A DNA stretch of 64,000 nucleotides from Paramoeba atlantica (GCA_977017575.1 CDRNVI010000164.1:186001-250000), one strand, 5' to 3'. Shown: positions 24,586-34,223, numbered from the stretch's first letter. Notes: a model not told the origin generated them from the letters alone. Translations and numbers: made by a program.

Positions 24586-24700
24586 CCACCCAGAAGAGAA
24601 AAGAACAGAAGAAAGATTTTCTCTTTTCTTTTAAATGTATTTCTCCCAATTCTGACTCTTTTGCCTATTCATTTACAATTCTCAGAAAAAGAAAAAAAGT
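24586..24700 (+). repeat. Segment B, second copy
   Basis: Direct match to 17665-17775. Confidence 0.85.
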
Positions 24701-24743
24701 GGGAAAATTTTTTGCTTTTTTTTGTCTTATTTTGTAATGGTTT

Positions 24744-25899
24744 TCAGTGTCTTTTCGCAGGTTTGATGTTTGCAGCAGTTTTTGTCTGGATTAATTTGAT
24801 CTCGATGAGAATGTTGAAAAAGAGAAAAGGAATGAAAGAAATTAACTTGAATGAGTGTCTTTACTTCCTCTGATTTGGCAAGATCTGAAGCCAATTTACC
24901 ATCTAATTATTCAAAAATGAACATCAATTTCTCCCAAAGTTTAAAAAGAAAAAGACCTTTCTGCTCTGAGGCTTTAGAAAATGAAAGAGGAAAAAGAAGA
25001 GAGAAAAAGAAAAGAAAAAAAGAAAAGAGAAAAAGAAAAAGAAAAGAGAGAGAAGAGAGAAAATAAGAGAAAGAACCCGTTCTATTGAAGAATCAGCACC
25101 AAAATCGAGAAGCAATTCACACATCTGGCTGTGGTCGTATTGTGCAGCAACATGTAATGGGGTCTTTTTTGGTTTTGTCAAATTATTCATTTGGTTAGTA
25201 TTTTAGTTATTTGAGAAAAAAAATCATTTTTGGACCTCCCCCTGTTTTTAATTAGTTTAATTTGTTTCATTTTCAACAAATTTTCTCAAAAGAAAGAGAA
25301 AATTAAAGAGGAAAATAAAAACCCACTGAGAAGAAACACTTTAGTGAAAGAAAAAAGCCATCGAAAAACAAAGAGAGAAAAATAACTGCATCTTGAGAAT
25401 TAACTGTGGCGCCATGATCAAGAAGAATTTTGCCAGTATTCACACTTCCTCCTTGTGCTGCTGAATGTAATGGTATCTTTCTTTTCGTTAAAGAATGAAA
25501 GTAAGGAAGAGATTTTTGATTGAAAGGCAAACCGCGAACTAGAAAAGAAAAGAAAAAAAAAAAATTGTTAGCAACTCCAAAAAAATGCAACCAAAAAGAG
25601 GTACAAACAAAAACAGAAGAGGTGACAAACAAGAGGATCAAAAATAAAAATAAAAGTCACTCTCCTCTCTCTTTTTCTTTAGCAAAAAAAGAACTCAAAA
25701 AAAACAAAAAACAAAACAAAAACAAAAACAAAAAACAAACATTCCCACCACAGAACTCATCAACATCATTCCCCATCTCCAACAACTCCACCAAATCATT
25801 TGAAAGATCTTGATAGGCAACTGCACGGATATTTTGGAGACCTTTCTTCTCTTCTTTCTTCTCTTCTATCTCTTTCTTTTTCTTTTCTGTGTTGAGCAT
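24744..25899 (-). CDS. Small ankyrin-repeat protein, copy 1
   Basis: Exons: MLNTEKK..LVELLEMG, IPLHSAAQGGSVNTGKILLDHGATVNSQD, KTPLHVAAQYDHSQMCELLLDFGADSSIE, DGKLASDLAKSEEVKTLIQ, IKLIQTKTAANIKPAKRH* (TGA 24746-24744). Confidence 0.8.
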
Positions 25900-25995
25900 G
25901 AGGGGAAGGATTAGAGCGAACAAAACAAAAATTAAAGCTAATTTAGAGCTCTATTCTTTTTGTCGCTTCAAGAAGAATCTGAGTCCCCTTCGCAA

Positions 25996-26145
25996 AAGCA
26001 TGGTAAGTCATAAAGGTGTTTTTATTGGTTGATAATTCTAGCAACTTTTCATCAAGCCGACTTCGGCGAACAAACTCTTTCGGTGAAACAACCAATAAAA
26101 ACACGTCACATCAACCAAATCACTTTCATTTTTCCCAATTCGCCA
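25996..26145. repeat. DIRS left inverted terminal repeat
   Basis: 25996-26129 is the reverse complement of 30213-30348 apart from a 1-nt indel (GGTAAG vs GGATAAG). Weaker match continues to about 26145. Confidence 0.95.
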
Positions 26146-26163
26146 GTTCATAATTCGGACCAC

Positions 26164-27117
26164 ATGACAACACGTCAAGGAGGAGATGGAGGGGCTTCAG
26201 ACCGCCTGATTCAGCATCTTGAAGAACAAACGGGGATGATCAGCAAATTAACTACATCTCTTTCTGATTTACAAGATTCTTTTTCCTTGCTTTCTGAAAA
26301 GTTCGAACAGGAGAAAAAGAAGAAACCAATTACGCTCATTCCCGAGTCCGAACGCGAAAAACGAACGCCTTTCAAGACAATGATCGAATCAACAGCGCCA
26401 AAGGATTTGCTTTCGCAGCTTGTGACCGAGAGAGAGAAGGATCCATGGACACTCAAGTACGAAACAGCGGACCTCAAGTCTGTCAGGTCCTCCGTGAACC
26501 TTCCCGGAGTTGAAGCGCCGAGAATACCTGATCAAGTTTACCAAGCCCATGTGAGCAAGAAACCAATTGAGAAGGCTAAGGCTTCGGTTCTTCATGAATC
26601 AATGCAGGCTCTCAATTCCATGTTCAATGTGGCTGAGGTGCTCACCAACTCTGCGGAAGACAAGGAGAAACACGACAAGGCTTTAAATACGCTGAACGTC
26701 TTGATGATCATGGAAATGTCAAGACTGAACGTGGAGATGCGAAACGTTGCCAGACGATCGATGTCTCGTGATGAAGTAAAGATTGGAAGTAGTCATTCCT
26801 GCCTTACGGACGAGGATCTCGAGTTCTACAAGGAGAAGAAAGACGAACAAACGACCCACAATCTTATCAAGTCAGCTGTGAAGGCGGGAACCGGAAAAGG
26901 AAGCGGCAACAAACGAAGAAAAATTTCTCCTGCCCCATTTGGTGAACGACAAGATCGGGATTTTCATTCGAACAGAACTGTGACCTTTCAGGACGATTTC
27001 GATGACTTTTCGCATGATGCTCAGCGCAAATCAAATGGCCCCGGTCATGGGAGGGGGAGAGGATTTCGTGGCCAACGGGGAAGAGGATTTTCCTCTCAGA
27101 GAGGTTGGAAGAGTTGA
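26164..27117 (+). CDS. DIRS gag-like protein
   Basis: First ORF after the ITR (ATG 26164, MTTRQGG). Predicted coiled N-terminus and basic RG-rich tail (GRGRGFRGQRGRG); no CCHC knuckle. Confidence 0.8.
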   Translation: MTTRQGGDGGASDRLIQHLEEQTGMISKLTTSLSDLQDSFSLLSEKFEQEKKKKPITLIPESEREKRTPFKTMIESTAPKDLLSQLVTEREKDPWTLKYETADLKSVRSSVNLPGVEAPRIPDQVYQAHVSKKPIEKAKASVLHESMQALNSMFNVAEVLTNSAEDKEKHDKALNTLNVLMIMEMSRLNVEMRNVARRSMSRDEVKIGSSHSCLTDEDLEFYKEKKDEQTTHNLIKSAVKAGTGKGSGNKRRKISPAPFGERQDRDFHSNRTVTFQDDFDDFSHDAQRKSNGPGHGRGRGFRGQRGRGFSSQRGWKS

Positions 27118-29986
27118 GTCAAGAAACAAAGAGAGCAGGTCGACTTCAATCGACGAGATTCAGAGATGCGTGGAGATCAATCACGAGGGACAGTTGGATC
27201 TTGGAGACGATCAGACAAGGAGTTCGAGTCAACATTCAGAGAAATTTATTGAAAACAGCGGTGAAGATGAAGGAACCAAAAGAACTTTTGTGGACGGAGG
27301 AGATGGCAGTGGAACAATGGGACTGGAGAGACCTAGCGGAACAGTGGGAGGCGATCGAAGTAGTTCCAGAAGAGAGAATTGGAGAGAGTGGAGAACTCAT
27401 TCACAACCTAGTTACAGAACAGAAGAACGGACGCCTTTGCAGCAACACAAAGGAGCTCAACGCGATTACTGCGAAGATGAAGCTAAAGATGGAATCAATC
27501 AAGGATGTACGACAACGCTTAGAACAAGACAATTGGCTTTATCAGATCGACCTGAGCAAATTCTACTGGTCAATGTCGATCAAACCTGCTCACCGAAGAT
27601 ACTTTCGCTTCCGGATGGACGGAGTCCTGTACCAATGGCGAGCACTGCCGTTCGGCTTCAAGAACTCGATGCAAATCATGGCACGCATCATGGCCCCAGT
27701 GATCACCAAGATGGAGGCTTTTGGAATCGATGTAATCATCTGGGTCGACGATATGATTCTTCAGCTGGGAACTGTGAAGTCTATTGCTCGTCAGAAAGCT
27801 CTGATTGCCCTCCAGATTCTCCACGACCTGGGATTTTTAGTCAACACGGAGAAAACAGCAAAGGATGTTTCCAAGGAGGTGAAATTTCGAGGATTCTGTT
27901 GGAATACAAAGACTTTCACCATCTCAGCCCCAGAGAAAAAACTCCTGTCGATCAACAAAGCGGCCAAGAAAATCAACATGGAGTGTGCATCTCCCAAGGA
28001 CCTTGCATCTCTGATTGGCAAGGTGAGGTACATCTCACAAGTTCACACCCACACTATTGCTTGGATCGTGGAGCTGGAGATTCACAAGAACAATCTCATC
28101 AAGAAGGGAGGCTGGATGTGTCGAGCCCCAGTGCCAGAAGAAGCGAGAGTGGAGATCAGACACTGGAGATCCCGTTCCTTTCTTCTGTCTATGCCTCTCA
28201 GAACGGAGCTGCACCACATGATTCAGACAATGGGAGATGCAGGCCCACTGGGTTATGGCTTCCAGGGATTCGGAGACCAGGCTGGTCTGTGGACTCCCCA
28301 AGAACAGCTGAAGAGCACCAATTGGAGGGAGCTGGAAACATGGAGACGACAAGTCTTGGATTACTCCGAGGACCTCATGGACGAAGTTTCGATTTACGGA
28401 ACAGACTCTTCAACAGCGAAAGCTTACATTTCCAAAATTTATGGCAAGGAACCAACTCTTTCGAGGATGGCAGCAGCAACATGGAAATTTATGGAGAAAC
28501 ACAACATTCTACAACTTCCCATCCTGTTGTCTCAGGAGGAGATCAAGTCCTCAGATCATCTCTCTCGGCTGTCGGACAAAGAGGATTATTTTCTTCTGCA
28601 AGAATCGTTCGAGAACCTATGCTTCAATCTTCAGACATTCCCAACCCTGGACGCTTTTGCAACACGTTTTTCAACGAAAATGGAGAGATTTTGTTCTCGG
28701 AGGACCGATCCATTAGCAGTAGCAACAGATGCCTTCTCGATCCCATGGTCCAACGAGACAATTTACGCTTTTCCCCCATCTCATCTCATTCATCGAACTC
28801 TCTCCAAGGCCAAAGCAGAGAATGTGACACTCCTCCTGGTCCACTCATACGTCCCTTCAGCAACTTGGTTCCACAGAATCAACAAGATCAAAGTTACTTC
28901 CCTCTCTATTCATCAGAAGGCCATTCAATTCCCCCAAGAGACCTCGGACCAATCTTTTCGTTGGATGATCTCATTGATCCGGCTGTGAAGCAGCAGCGTT
29001 GGGGAATGACTGTGGGCACCACTACATTACTCGGAAAAGCTGTGGGAGAAGACACCTCTTCCCGCAGAGACACCAATATTGAAGCTTTTCGGAGGTGGCT
29101 GAGTTCCAAGGAGTTGTGGAGATTTAGTATCATCCATATTGTGGAGTTTTTGGCTCAAAACCAGTCGTCCTTTGCGAACCATCGAACTGCAATTGCCTCG
29201 CGCCTCCGTCTGAATGCTGGTATTGACATTGTTGAATTCCCTTTGATGAAGCGCCTCTCCCAAGCCATTAGGAGAGAATGTCCAATTGAGCCTAAATATT
29301 CAGAGATGTGGAATTTGGAAATCCTGTTTGATTACTTGAGGAAACACCTTCCAGAAGAAGGACATTTTATTAGTCATCGTGCAAGAGCGGTTACTTTGGT
29401 AAGAACTTCTATTGCTGGACGTACGAGTGATGTTGCACACATTCACAGGCCGTCCATGGTATGGACGGAGACTACAGTGAGGTTCCGGTTTTTCCACTGG
29501 AAGACACAGCACACAGAAAGGAGACGTTTTTCCAAATATTATGTGATTGAGAAATTACCCCTTGAAAAAGATCGTCCTATCTGTGCATTTTCTGCCCTGA
29601 AGGCTTATGTGAACCTCAATACGGCTGCTTATAACCTTTTGGATTGTGAGACCCTGTGGCTGCATCATCGAGGCAACCGGACGATAAAGCCGACCACGTT
29701 GGCTGGAGACACCCAGAAACTGATGAAGAATGCTGGGATTGACTCCAAGTTTGGGCCTGCAACCATCAGACATGCAACTATTACTTACTGGAGAATGATT
29801 GGCATTCCCATGGCTGTTGTTATGGAAAGAACTGGACACAAATTGAGGAATTTAGTGGAGAAATTTTATAATCGCGCTGATTTTGGTCCAGACCTGATGG
29901 TTCAAATTTTTGCCAATGCGATCCCTGAGGATGATGATCAAGATCTCGATGAAGAGGACTTTCTGTATGACCACGAGGATGAGTGA
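27002..29986 (+). CDS. DIRS tyrosine recombinase ORF (994 aa); N-terminal two-thirds overlaps pol in another frame
   Basis: ATG 27002. YR motifs after about 29000: GRTSDV (R), WKT (K), ATIRHA (HxxR box with first H replaced), TGH, KFYNR (Y); acidic tail. Confidence 0.9.
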   Translation: MTFRMMLSANQMAPVMGGGEDFVANGEEDFPLREVGRVESRNKESRSTSIDEIQRCVEINHEGQLDLGDDQTRSSSQHSEKFIENSGEDEGTKRTFVDGGDGSGTMGLERPSGTVGGDRSSSRRENWREWRTHSQPSYRTEERTPLQQHKGAQRDYCEDEAKDGINQGCTTTLRTRQLALSDRPEQILLVNVDQTCSPKILSLPDGRSPVPMASTAVRLQELDANHGTHHGPSDHQDGGFWNRCNHLGRRYDSSAGNCEVYCSSESSDCPPDSPRPGIFSQHGENSKGCFQGGEISRILLEYKDFHHLSPREKTPVDQQSGQENQHGVCISQGPCISDWQGEVHLTSSHPHYCLDRGAGDSQEQSHQEGRLDVSSPSARRSESGDQTLEIPFLSSVYASQNGAAPHDSDNGRCRPTGLWLPGIRRPGWSVDSPRTAEEHQLEGAGNMETTSLGLLRGPHGRSFDLRNRLFNSESLHFQNLWQGTNSFEDGSSNMEIYGETQHSTTSHPVVSGGDQVLRSSLSAVGQRGLFSSARIVREPMLQSSDIPNPGRFCNTFFNENGEILFSEDRSISSSNRCLLDPMVQRDNLRFSPISSHSSNSLQGQSRECDTPPGPLIRPFSNLVPQNQQDQSYFPLYSSEGHSIPPRDLGPIFSLDDLIDPAVKQQRWGMTVGTTTLLGKAVGEDTSSRRDTNIEAFRRWLSSKELWRFSIIHIVEFLAQNQSSFANHRTAIASRLRLNAGIDIVEFPLMKRLSQAIRRECPIEPKYSEMWNLEILFDYLRKHLPEEGHFISHRARAVTLVRTSIAGRTSDVAHIHRPSMVWTETTVRFRFFHWKTQHTERRRFSKYYVIEKLPLEKDRPICAFSALKAYVNLNTAAYNLLDCETLWLHHRGNRTIKPTTLAGDTQKLMKNAGIDSKFGPATIRHATITYWRMIGIPMAVVMERTGHKLRNLVEKFYNRADFGPDLMVQIFANAIPEDDDQDLDEEDFLYDHEDE
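27105..28988 (+). CDS. DIRS pol: reverse transcriptase - RNase H - Dam-like adenine methyltransferase
   Basis: RT: QIDLSKFY, YQWRALPFG, IIWVDD, LGFLVNTEK, FRGFCW. RNase H: MGDAG, WRELE, TDSSTA, SDHLSR. MT: LDAFATRFSTK..FCS, DAFSIPWS..YAFPP. 27105 is TTG; first ATG is 27267; the frame is open from 27018. Confidence 0.93.
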   Translation: MEELSQETKRAGRLQSTRFRDAWRSITRDSWILETIRQGVRVNIQRNLLKTAVKMKEPKELLWTEEMAVEQWDWRDLAEQWEAIEVVPEERIGESGELIHNLVTEQKNGRLCSNTKELNAITAKMKLKMESIKDVRQRLEQDNWLYQIDLSKFYWSMSIKPAHRRYFRFRMDGVLYQWRALPFGFKNSMQIMARIMAPVITKMEAFGIDVIIWVDDMILQLGTVKSIARQKALIALQILHDLGFLVNTEKTAKDVSKEVKFRGFCWNTKTFTISAPEKKLLSINKAAKKINMECASPKDLASLIGKVRYISQVHTHTIAWIVELEIHKNNLIKKGGWMCRAPVPEEARVEIRHWRSRSFLLSMPLRTELHHMIQTMGDAGPLGYGFQGFGDQAGLWTPQEQLKSTNWRELETWRRQVLDYSEDLMDEVSIYGTDSSTAKAYISKIYGKEPTLSRMAAATWKFMEKHNILQLPILLSQEEIKSSDHLSRLSDKEDYFLLQESFENLCFNLQTFPTLDAFATRFSTKMERFCSRRTDPLAVATDAFSIPWSNETIYAFPPSHLIHRTLSKAKAENVTLLLVHSYVPSATWFHRINKIKVTSLSIHQKAIQFPQETSDQSFRWMISLIRL

Positions 29987-30093
29987 TCTGCGACTTGAAT
30001 TGAACCTTGAGTTCCTTGTATGGGATCCAATCGAGGGAGATCTATGGTTTTGCTTTTTTCTGATTTTGGAGTGGGTCCGAATTTTATGAATCG

Positions 30094-30170
30094 AACACCT
30101 TTATGACTTACCATGCTTTGTTAACACGGAGGTCATGAACAATGACCGAAGTGTCAAAGCATGGATAAGT
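30094..30170. repeat. DIRS internal complementary region (ICR)
   Basis: aacacctttatgacttaccatgcttt is complementary to the left terminus and is joined directly to gttaacacggaggtcatgaacaatgaccgaagtgtcaaagcatggataagt, which is complementary to the right terminus. Confidence 0.95.
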
Positions 30171-30198
30171 TCGTGACCCTCCCACCTCTCCCTATCGA

Positions 30199-30385
30199 TG
30201 GCGAATTGTTGGATGAAAGTGATTTGGTTGATGTGACGTGTTTTTATTGGTTGTTTCACCGAAAGAGTTTGTTCGCCGAAGTCGGCTTGATGAAAAGTTG
30301 CTAGAATTATCAACCAATAAAAACACCTTTATGACTTATCCATGCTTTGACACTTCGGTCATTGTTCATGACCTCCGTGTTAACA
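30199..30385. repeat. DIRS right ITR plus 3' extension (gacacttcggtcattgttcatgacctccgtgttaaca)
   Basis: Reverse complement of the left ITR followed by a unique tail of about 37 nt that is matched by the ICR. Confidence 0.95.
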
Positions 30386-30510
30386 TACTGCAAGTCGAAG
30401 AATAAGAGGCCCTTCTCTTCTTTTGCAATTTTGGTATCCAATATCAATCCCCATAAACAAAAATAAAAAATAATCACAAAAACAATTTTAATCAAGCTTT
30501 TTTTGGAGAA
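30386..30510 (+). repeat. Segment X: DIRS right flank; second copy at 34308-34430
   Basis: tactgcaagtcgaagaataagag..ctcttcttttgcaattttggtat.caatatcaatccccataaacaaaaataaaaaataatcacaaaaacaatt recurs at 34308-34415. Confidence 0.9.
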
Positions 30511-30672
30511 GTTGAGAATCATTGGTTTGAAAACAGAGGAGAGAAGAGCTCACAATAAAGGAAGGACGATGGGAAGGAGGATGTGGAGAGGAGCAGAAAA
30601 AGAATCATTAAAAAAGAGAAAATAAAGTTGTTCATTTTAATGTTTGGTTCGATTCTATTATCAAAAAAATGA
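30511..30672 (+). repeat. Segment A, second copy (orphan 3' end of the large ankyrin gene)
   Basis: Direct match to 17464-17636. Confidence 0.9.
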
Positions 30673-30711
30673 GTACTTTTTTTGCTTTTTTTGCTTATTT
30701 TGTAATGGCTT

Positions 30712-31948
30712 TCAGTGTCTTTTCGCAGGTTTGATGTTTGAAGCGGTTTTTGTCTGGATTAATTTGATCTCGATGAGAATGTTGAAAAAGAGAAAAGGAA
30801 TGAAAGAAATTAACTTGAATGAGTGTCTTTACTTCCTCTGATTTGGCAAGATCTGAAGCCAATTTACCATCTAATTATTCAAAAATGAATTTCACTTTCT
30901 CCCAAAGTTTAAAAAGAAAAAGACGTTTCTGCTCTGAGGCTTTAGAAAATGAAAGAGAAAAAGAAAAGAGAAAAAAAAAAAAGAGAGAAGAGAGAAAATA
31001 AGAGAGAAGGAACCCCTTCTATTGAAGAATCAGCACCAAAATCGAGAAGCAATTCACACATCTGGCTGTGGTCGTATTGTGCAGCAATATGTAATGGGGT
31101 CTTTTTTGGTTTTGTCAAATTATTCATTTGATTAGTATTTTAGTTATTTGAGAAAAAAAAAATCTTTTGGACCTGACCCTGTTTTTAATTAGTTTAATTT
31201 GTTTCATTTTCAACAAATTTTCTCAAAAGACAGAGAAAATTAAAGAGGAAAATAAAAACCCACTGAGAAGAAACACTTTAGTGAAAGAAAAAAGTCATCA
31301 AAAAACAAAGAGAGAAAAATAACTTCATCTCGAGCATTAACTGTGGCGCCATGATCAAGAAGAATTTTGCCAGTATTCACACTTCCTCCTTGTGCTGCTG
31401 AATGTAATGGTATCTTTCTTTTTGTTAAAAGAATGAAAGTAAGGAAGAGAATTTTTTTGATTGAAAAGCAAACCCATAACTAGAAAAGAAAAGAAATGAA
31501 AGAAGAAAAATTGTTAGTGACTCCAAAAAAGTGCAACCAAAAAAGGTACAAACAAAAATGAAGGAGATAATAAGAGGTACAAAACGAGCAGAAGACAAAC
31601 AAAACACATCTCAGGGAGGTACAAACAAAAGAGGAAATAAGAGGTACAAACGAACACAGACAAACAATAACACATCTCGGCAAACAAAAACAAAAACAAA
31701 AACAAACAACCACAAAAAAACAAAAACAAAAACAAAAAACAAAAACAAACATTCCCACCAAACGCATCAACACCATACCCCTTCTCCAACAAACCCACCA
31801 AATCGGTTGGAAGATCTTGATAGGCAGCTGCGTGCATCTTTTGGGGATCTTTCTTTTCTTCTTCTTTCTTCTCTTCTTTCTCTTCTTTCTCTTTCTTCTC
31901 TTCTTTCTCTTCTTTCTCTTCTTTCTTTTTCTTTTCTTTCTTGAACAT
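30712..31948 (-). CDS. Small ankyrin-repeat protein, copy 2 (direct duplicate of copy 1)
   Basis: Same exons and homologous introns as 24744-25899. KE-rich N-terminus is expanded and the first intron is longer. Ends TASNIKPAKRH*. Confidence 0.8.
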
Positions 31949-32068
31949 TTTTTGAAGAAGGATTTTGAAGACAAAACAAAAGCTAACTTTAGAGTTCTTT
32001 TTCGTTTCTTTTCCTGTTTGAACTTGTTGTCTTTGTTGTTTGAATTGTTATTTTTTGGTTTTTGAAAG

Positions 32069-34223
32069 ATGAGGAGGGTGGCTAGGAAGTGTCCGAGTGA
32101 AAGAGGAAAGAGAAAGAGAGAAGAAACTGAAAGTAGTGAGGAAGAACTAGAAGGGAAAAGAAATCTAAAAAGAGAAAAGAAGGAAGAAAGAGATGCTGTT
32201 ATGATTGTTTGTGAGAGGCAAAAAGGATTTGAATGTGGAGTTTGTTTGGAATTGATGTGTTGGGAAAAGGAACCAAGAACTCTTCTTTCTTGTCCTCATT
32301 CCTTTTGTTCTCCTTGTCTCTCTAAACTCTTTCAACCCCATTCTTCTTCTTCTTCTTCCTCTTCACCCTCTTCTGAGAGGTCTTCTTCATCATCATCAGC
32401 TCCCACTTCCTCTTCCCCTTCCTCTTCCTCTTCCCCTTCTCTTTCTCCTTCTCCTCCTCAATCTTCATCTTCTTTGTCTTCTCGTTCGAGTGGTGGTGTT
32501 GTGAGATGTCCTGTGTGTCGAAAAGCGAATGAATGTGAATCAATAGAATCATTTGAATTCAATTTCTTAATTCCTGAAACGATTGATGTTCTTGTTTCTT
32601 CAAAGGTGATCTCTTTACCTCATCAACAACAATTACCAGGTTCCAACCTCCTTTTTCTTTCTTTTTCTTTTCTTTTTGATTCAAAAAACAGTGAACGAAA
32701 TGAAATGTGTTAATTTCGAAACTTGTGGAGAACAAACTAGAATGTATTGTTCTGATTGTAAAATGTTCATTTGTGACACTTGTGATTCTTCCCACACTTC
32801 TTCAATTTTCACACAACACCACAAACGCAAACCATGTGAGAACAGAACTCTTTGTGGTGGTAGTGAAAATGGAGATGGTGGGAGTGTTGGTGATGGATTG
32901 GAGATGATGAAGATGAAAGAATGTTTACAACACCCATCTGAAAGAATTAGTGGGTTTTGTTTTGAATGTTCTGTTCTTGTTTGTCTTCGGTGCGCTCTCG
33001 AAAATCATATTGAACACAATCAGAAAGTGAGTTCGGTTGAAGAGACTCTTGAAAAGAGAAGAGAACAAGTTTTGAAAATGGGAGTGAAATTAGAAAACAG
33101 ATTGAAGGAGATTGAAGTGAAGGATAAAGGAATTGAGGAAGAAGTGAAAGAATTAGAAAAGAAATTGGAAAAGAAAAGAGGTGAAAAGAAAGAAATAGAG
33201 TTAGAGAAAGAAGATTTGAAAATGAGAAAAGATTCAATTATTCGATTATCAAGCATCACACCAACTGATATTTCATTCTTTTTTGATGAACAACTCTTTT
33301 CCACTCTTCTTCAAACTGCTTCTGAGATTGTCCATGAAGCAATAGTGGATTGTTGTGGAGATGGGTTACCAAAGAAGGGATCGATTTGTTGTGATGGAGT
33401 TGATTTTGTCTCTTCTTTTTCTCTCTCAGAGGATGAAACCCCTACGGGAGTATTACGGATGAACAGTGCTGGGACTTTATTTATTATTGCTGCTGATGGC
33501 TTGATTCGTCTAAGAGACAGAGAAGGGAATGCGATGAATGAATCAGTTGAAGAAGCGATCAATTCTCTTGACTCAGTTCCTCTTGATGTGGCAATTGGAT
33601 TAGATGGTCAAATTGTGATTCTTGATTCAAAGGAATTGGATTTTCAGGTTGTAGTGTTGAACAAAGAAGGAGAATTTCTGAGATCATTTGGATCAAATGG
33701 TTCTAAATCTGGTCAATTCAACTTTCCTTGTGGTATAGCTGTTGATAAAGAAGGCCATATTATTGTTTCAGATACTGGAAACAATCGAATTCAAGTATTT
33801 GACAATGATGGATGTTTTATTCGTTCTTTTGGTTCTTTTGGGTCTGCTGAAGGTCAGTTGAATGATCCAATGGCGATTGCGATCGATAGAAGAAATGGAC
33901 ATCTCGTTATTTGTGATCGGGGAAATTTTCGAATTCAAGTGATGGATATTGAAGGGAATTTTATTCGATGTTTTGGAACAAAAGGAGACGGAGATTCTCA
34001 ATTCGTTTTATTAAATGATGTGGATGTGGATGGGGAAGGTCGTATTGTTGCTGTTGATTGGAAAACTGAGAGAGTGAGTGTGTTTGAGAAAGATGGAACG
34101 TTCCTTTTTTCGTTTGGAGAAGACGATCATCCACACGGGGTTGTTGTTGATCCTTTTGGTTCAATTTTTGTTTTTGATGCTGAATGGAATTCTGTGAACA
34201 TGTACTATTCAGGAGTAATTTGA
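32069..34223 (+). CDS. TRIM-NHL-like E3 ligase (RING, 2 B-boxes, coiled coil, NHL propeller), copy 1
   Basis: RING CGVC..CPHSFCSPC..CPVC. Intron 32640-32691 splices in frame. B-boxes CSDCKMFICDTCD and CLQH..CFECSVLVCLRC. NHL repeats FNFPCGIAVDKEGHIIVSDTGNNRIQVF. Confidence 0.92.

Larger units (their letters stand above)
25996..30385 (+). mobile_element. DIRS1-like tyrosine-recombinase retrotransposon, full length, apparently intact
   Basis: gag-like ORF, RT-RNaseH-MT ORF and YR ORF; inverted terminal repeats; right-end extension; ICR complementary to both termini. Visibly higher GC than the host; no introns and no TSD. Confidence 0.96.

Noticed and set aside
26029-26163. Listed N-terminal extension of gag (and the mirror ORF 30101-30313)
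   Set aside because: Starts at a non-ATG codon inside the ITR; the minus-strand twin is simply the other ITR.
27061-27092. GGATTTC/GGATTTT as a gag-pol slippery site
   Set aside because: The heptamers are phased to the YR frame, not the gag frame, so they would not give gag-to-pol -1 shifting.
30255-30310. Possible hammerhead ribozyme in the right ITR (GAAA..GTTC-hairpin-TTGATGA)
   Set aside because: The core is UUGAUGA rather than CUGAUGA, and stems II and III do not pair convincingly. Kept only as a structured ITR.
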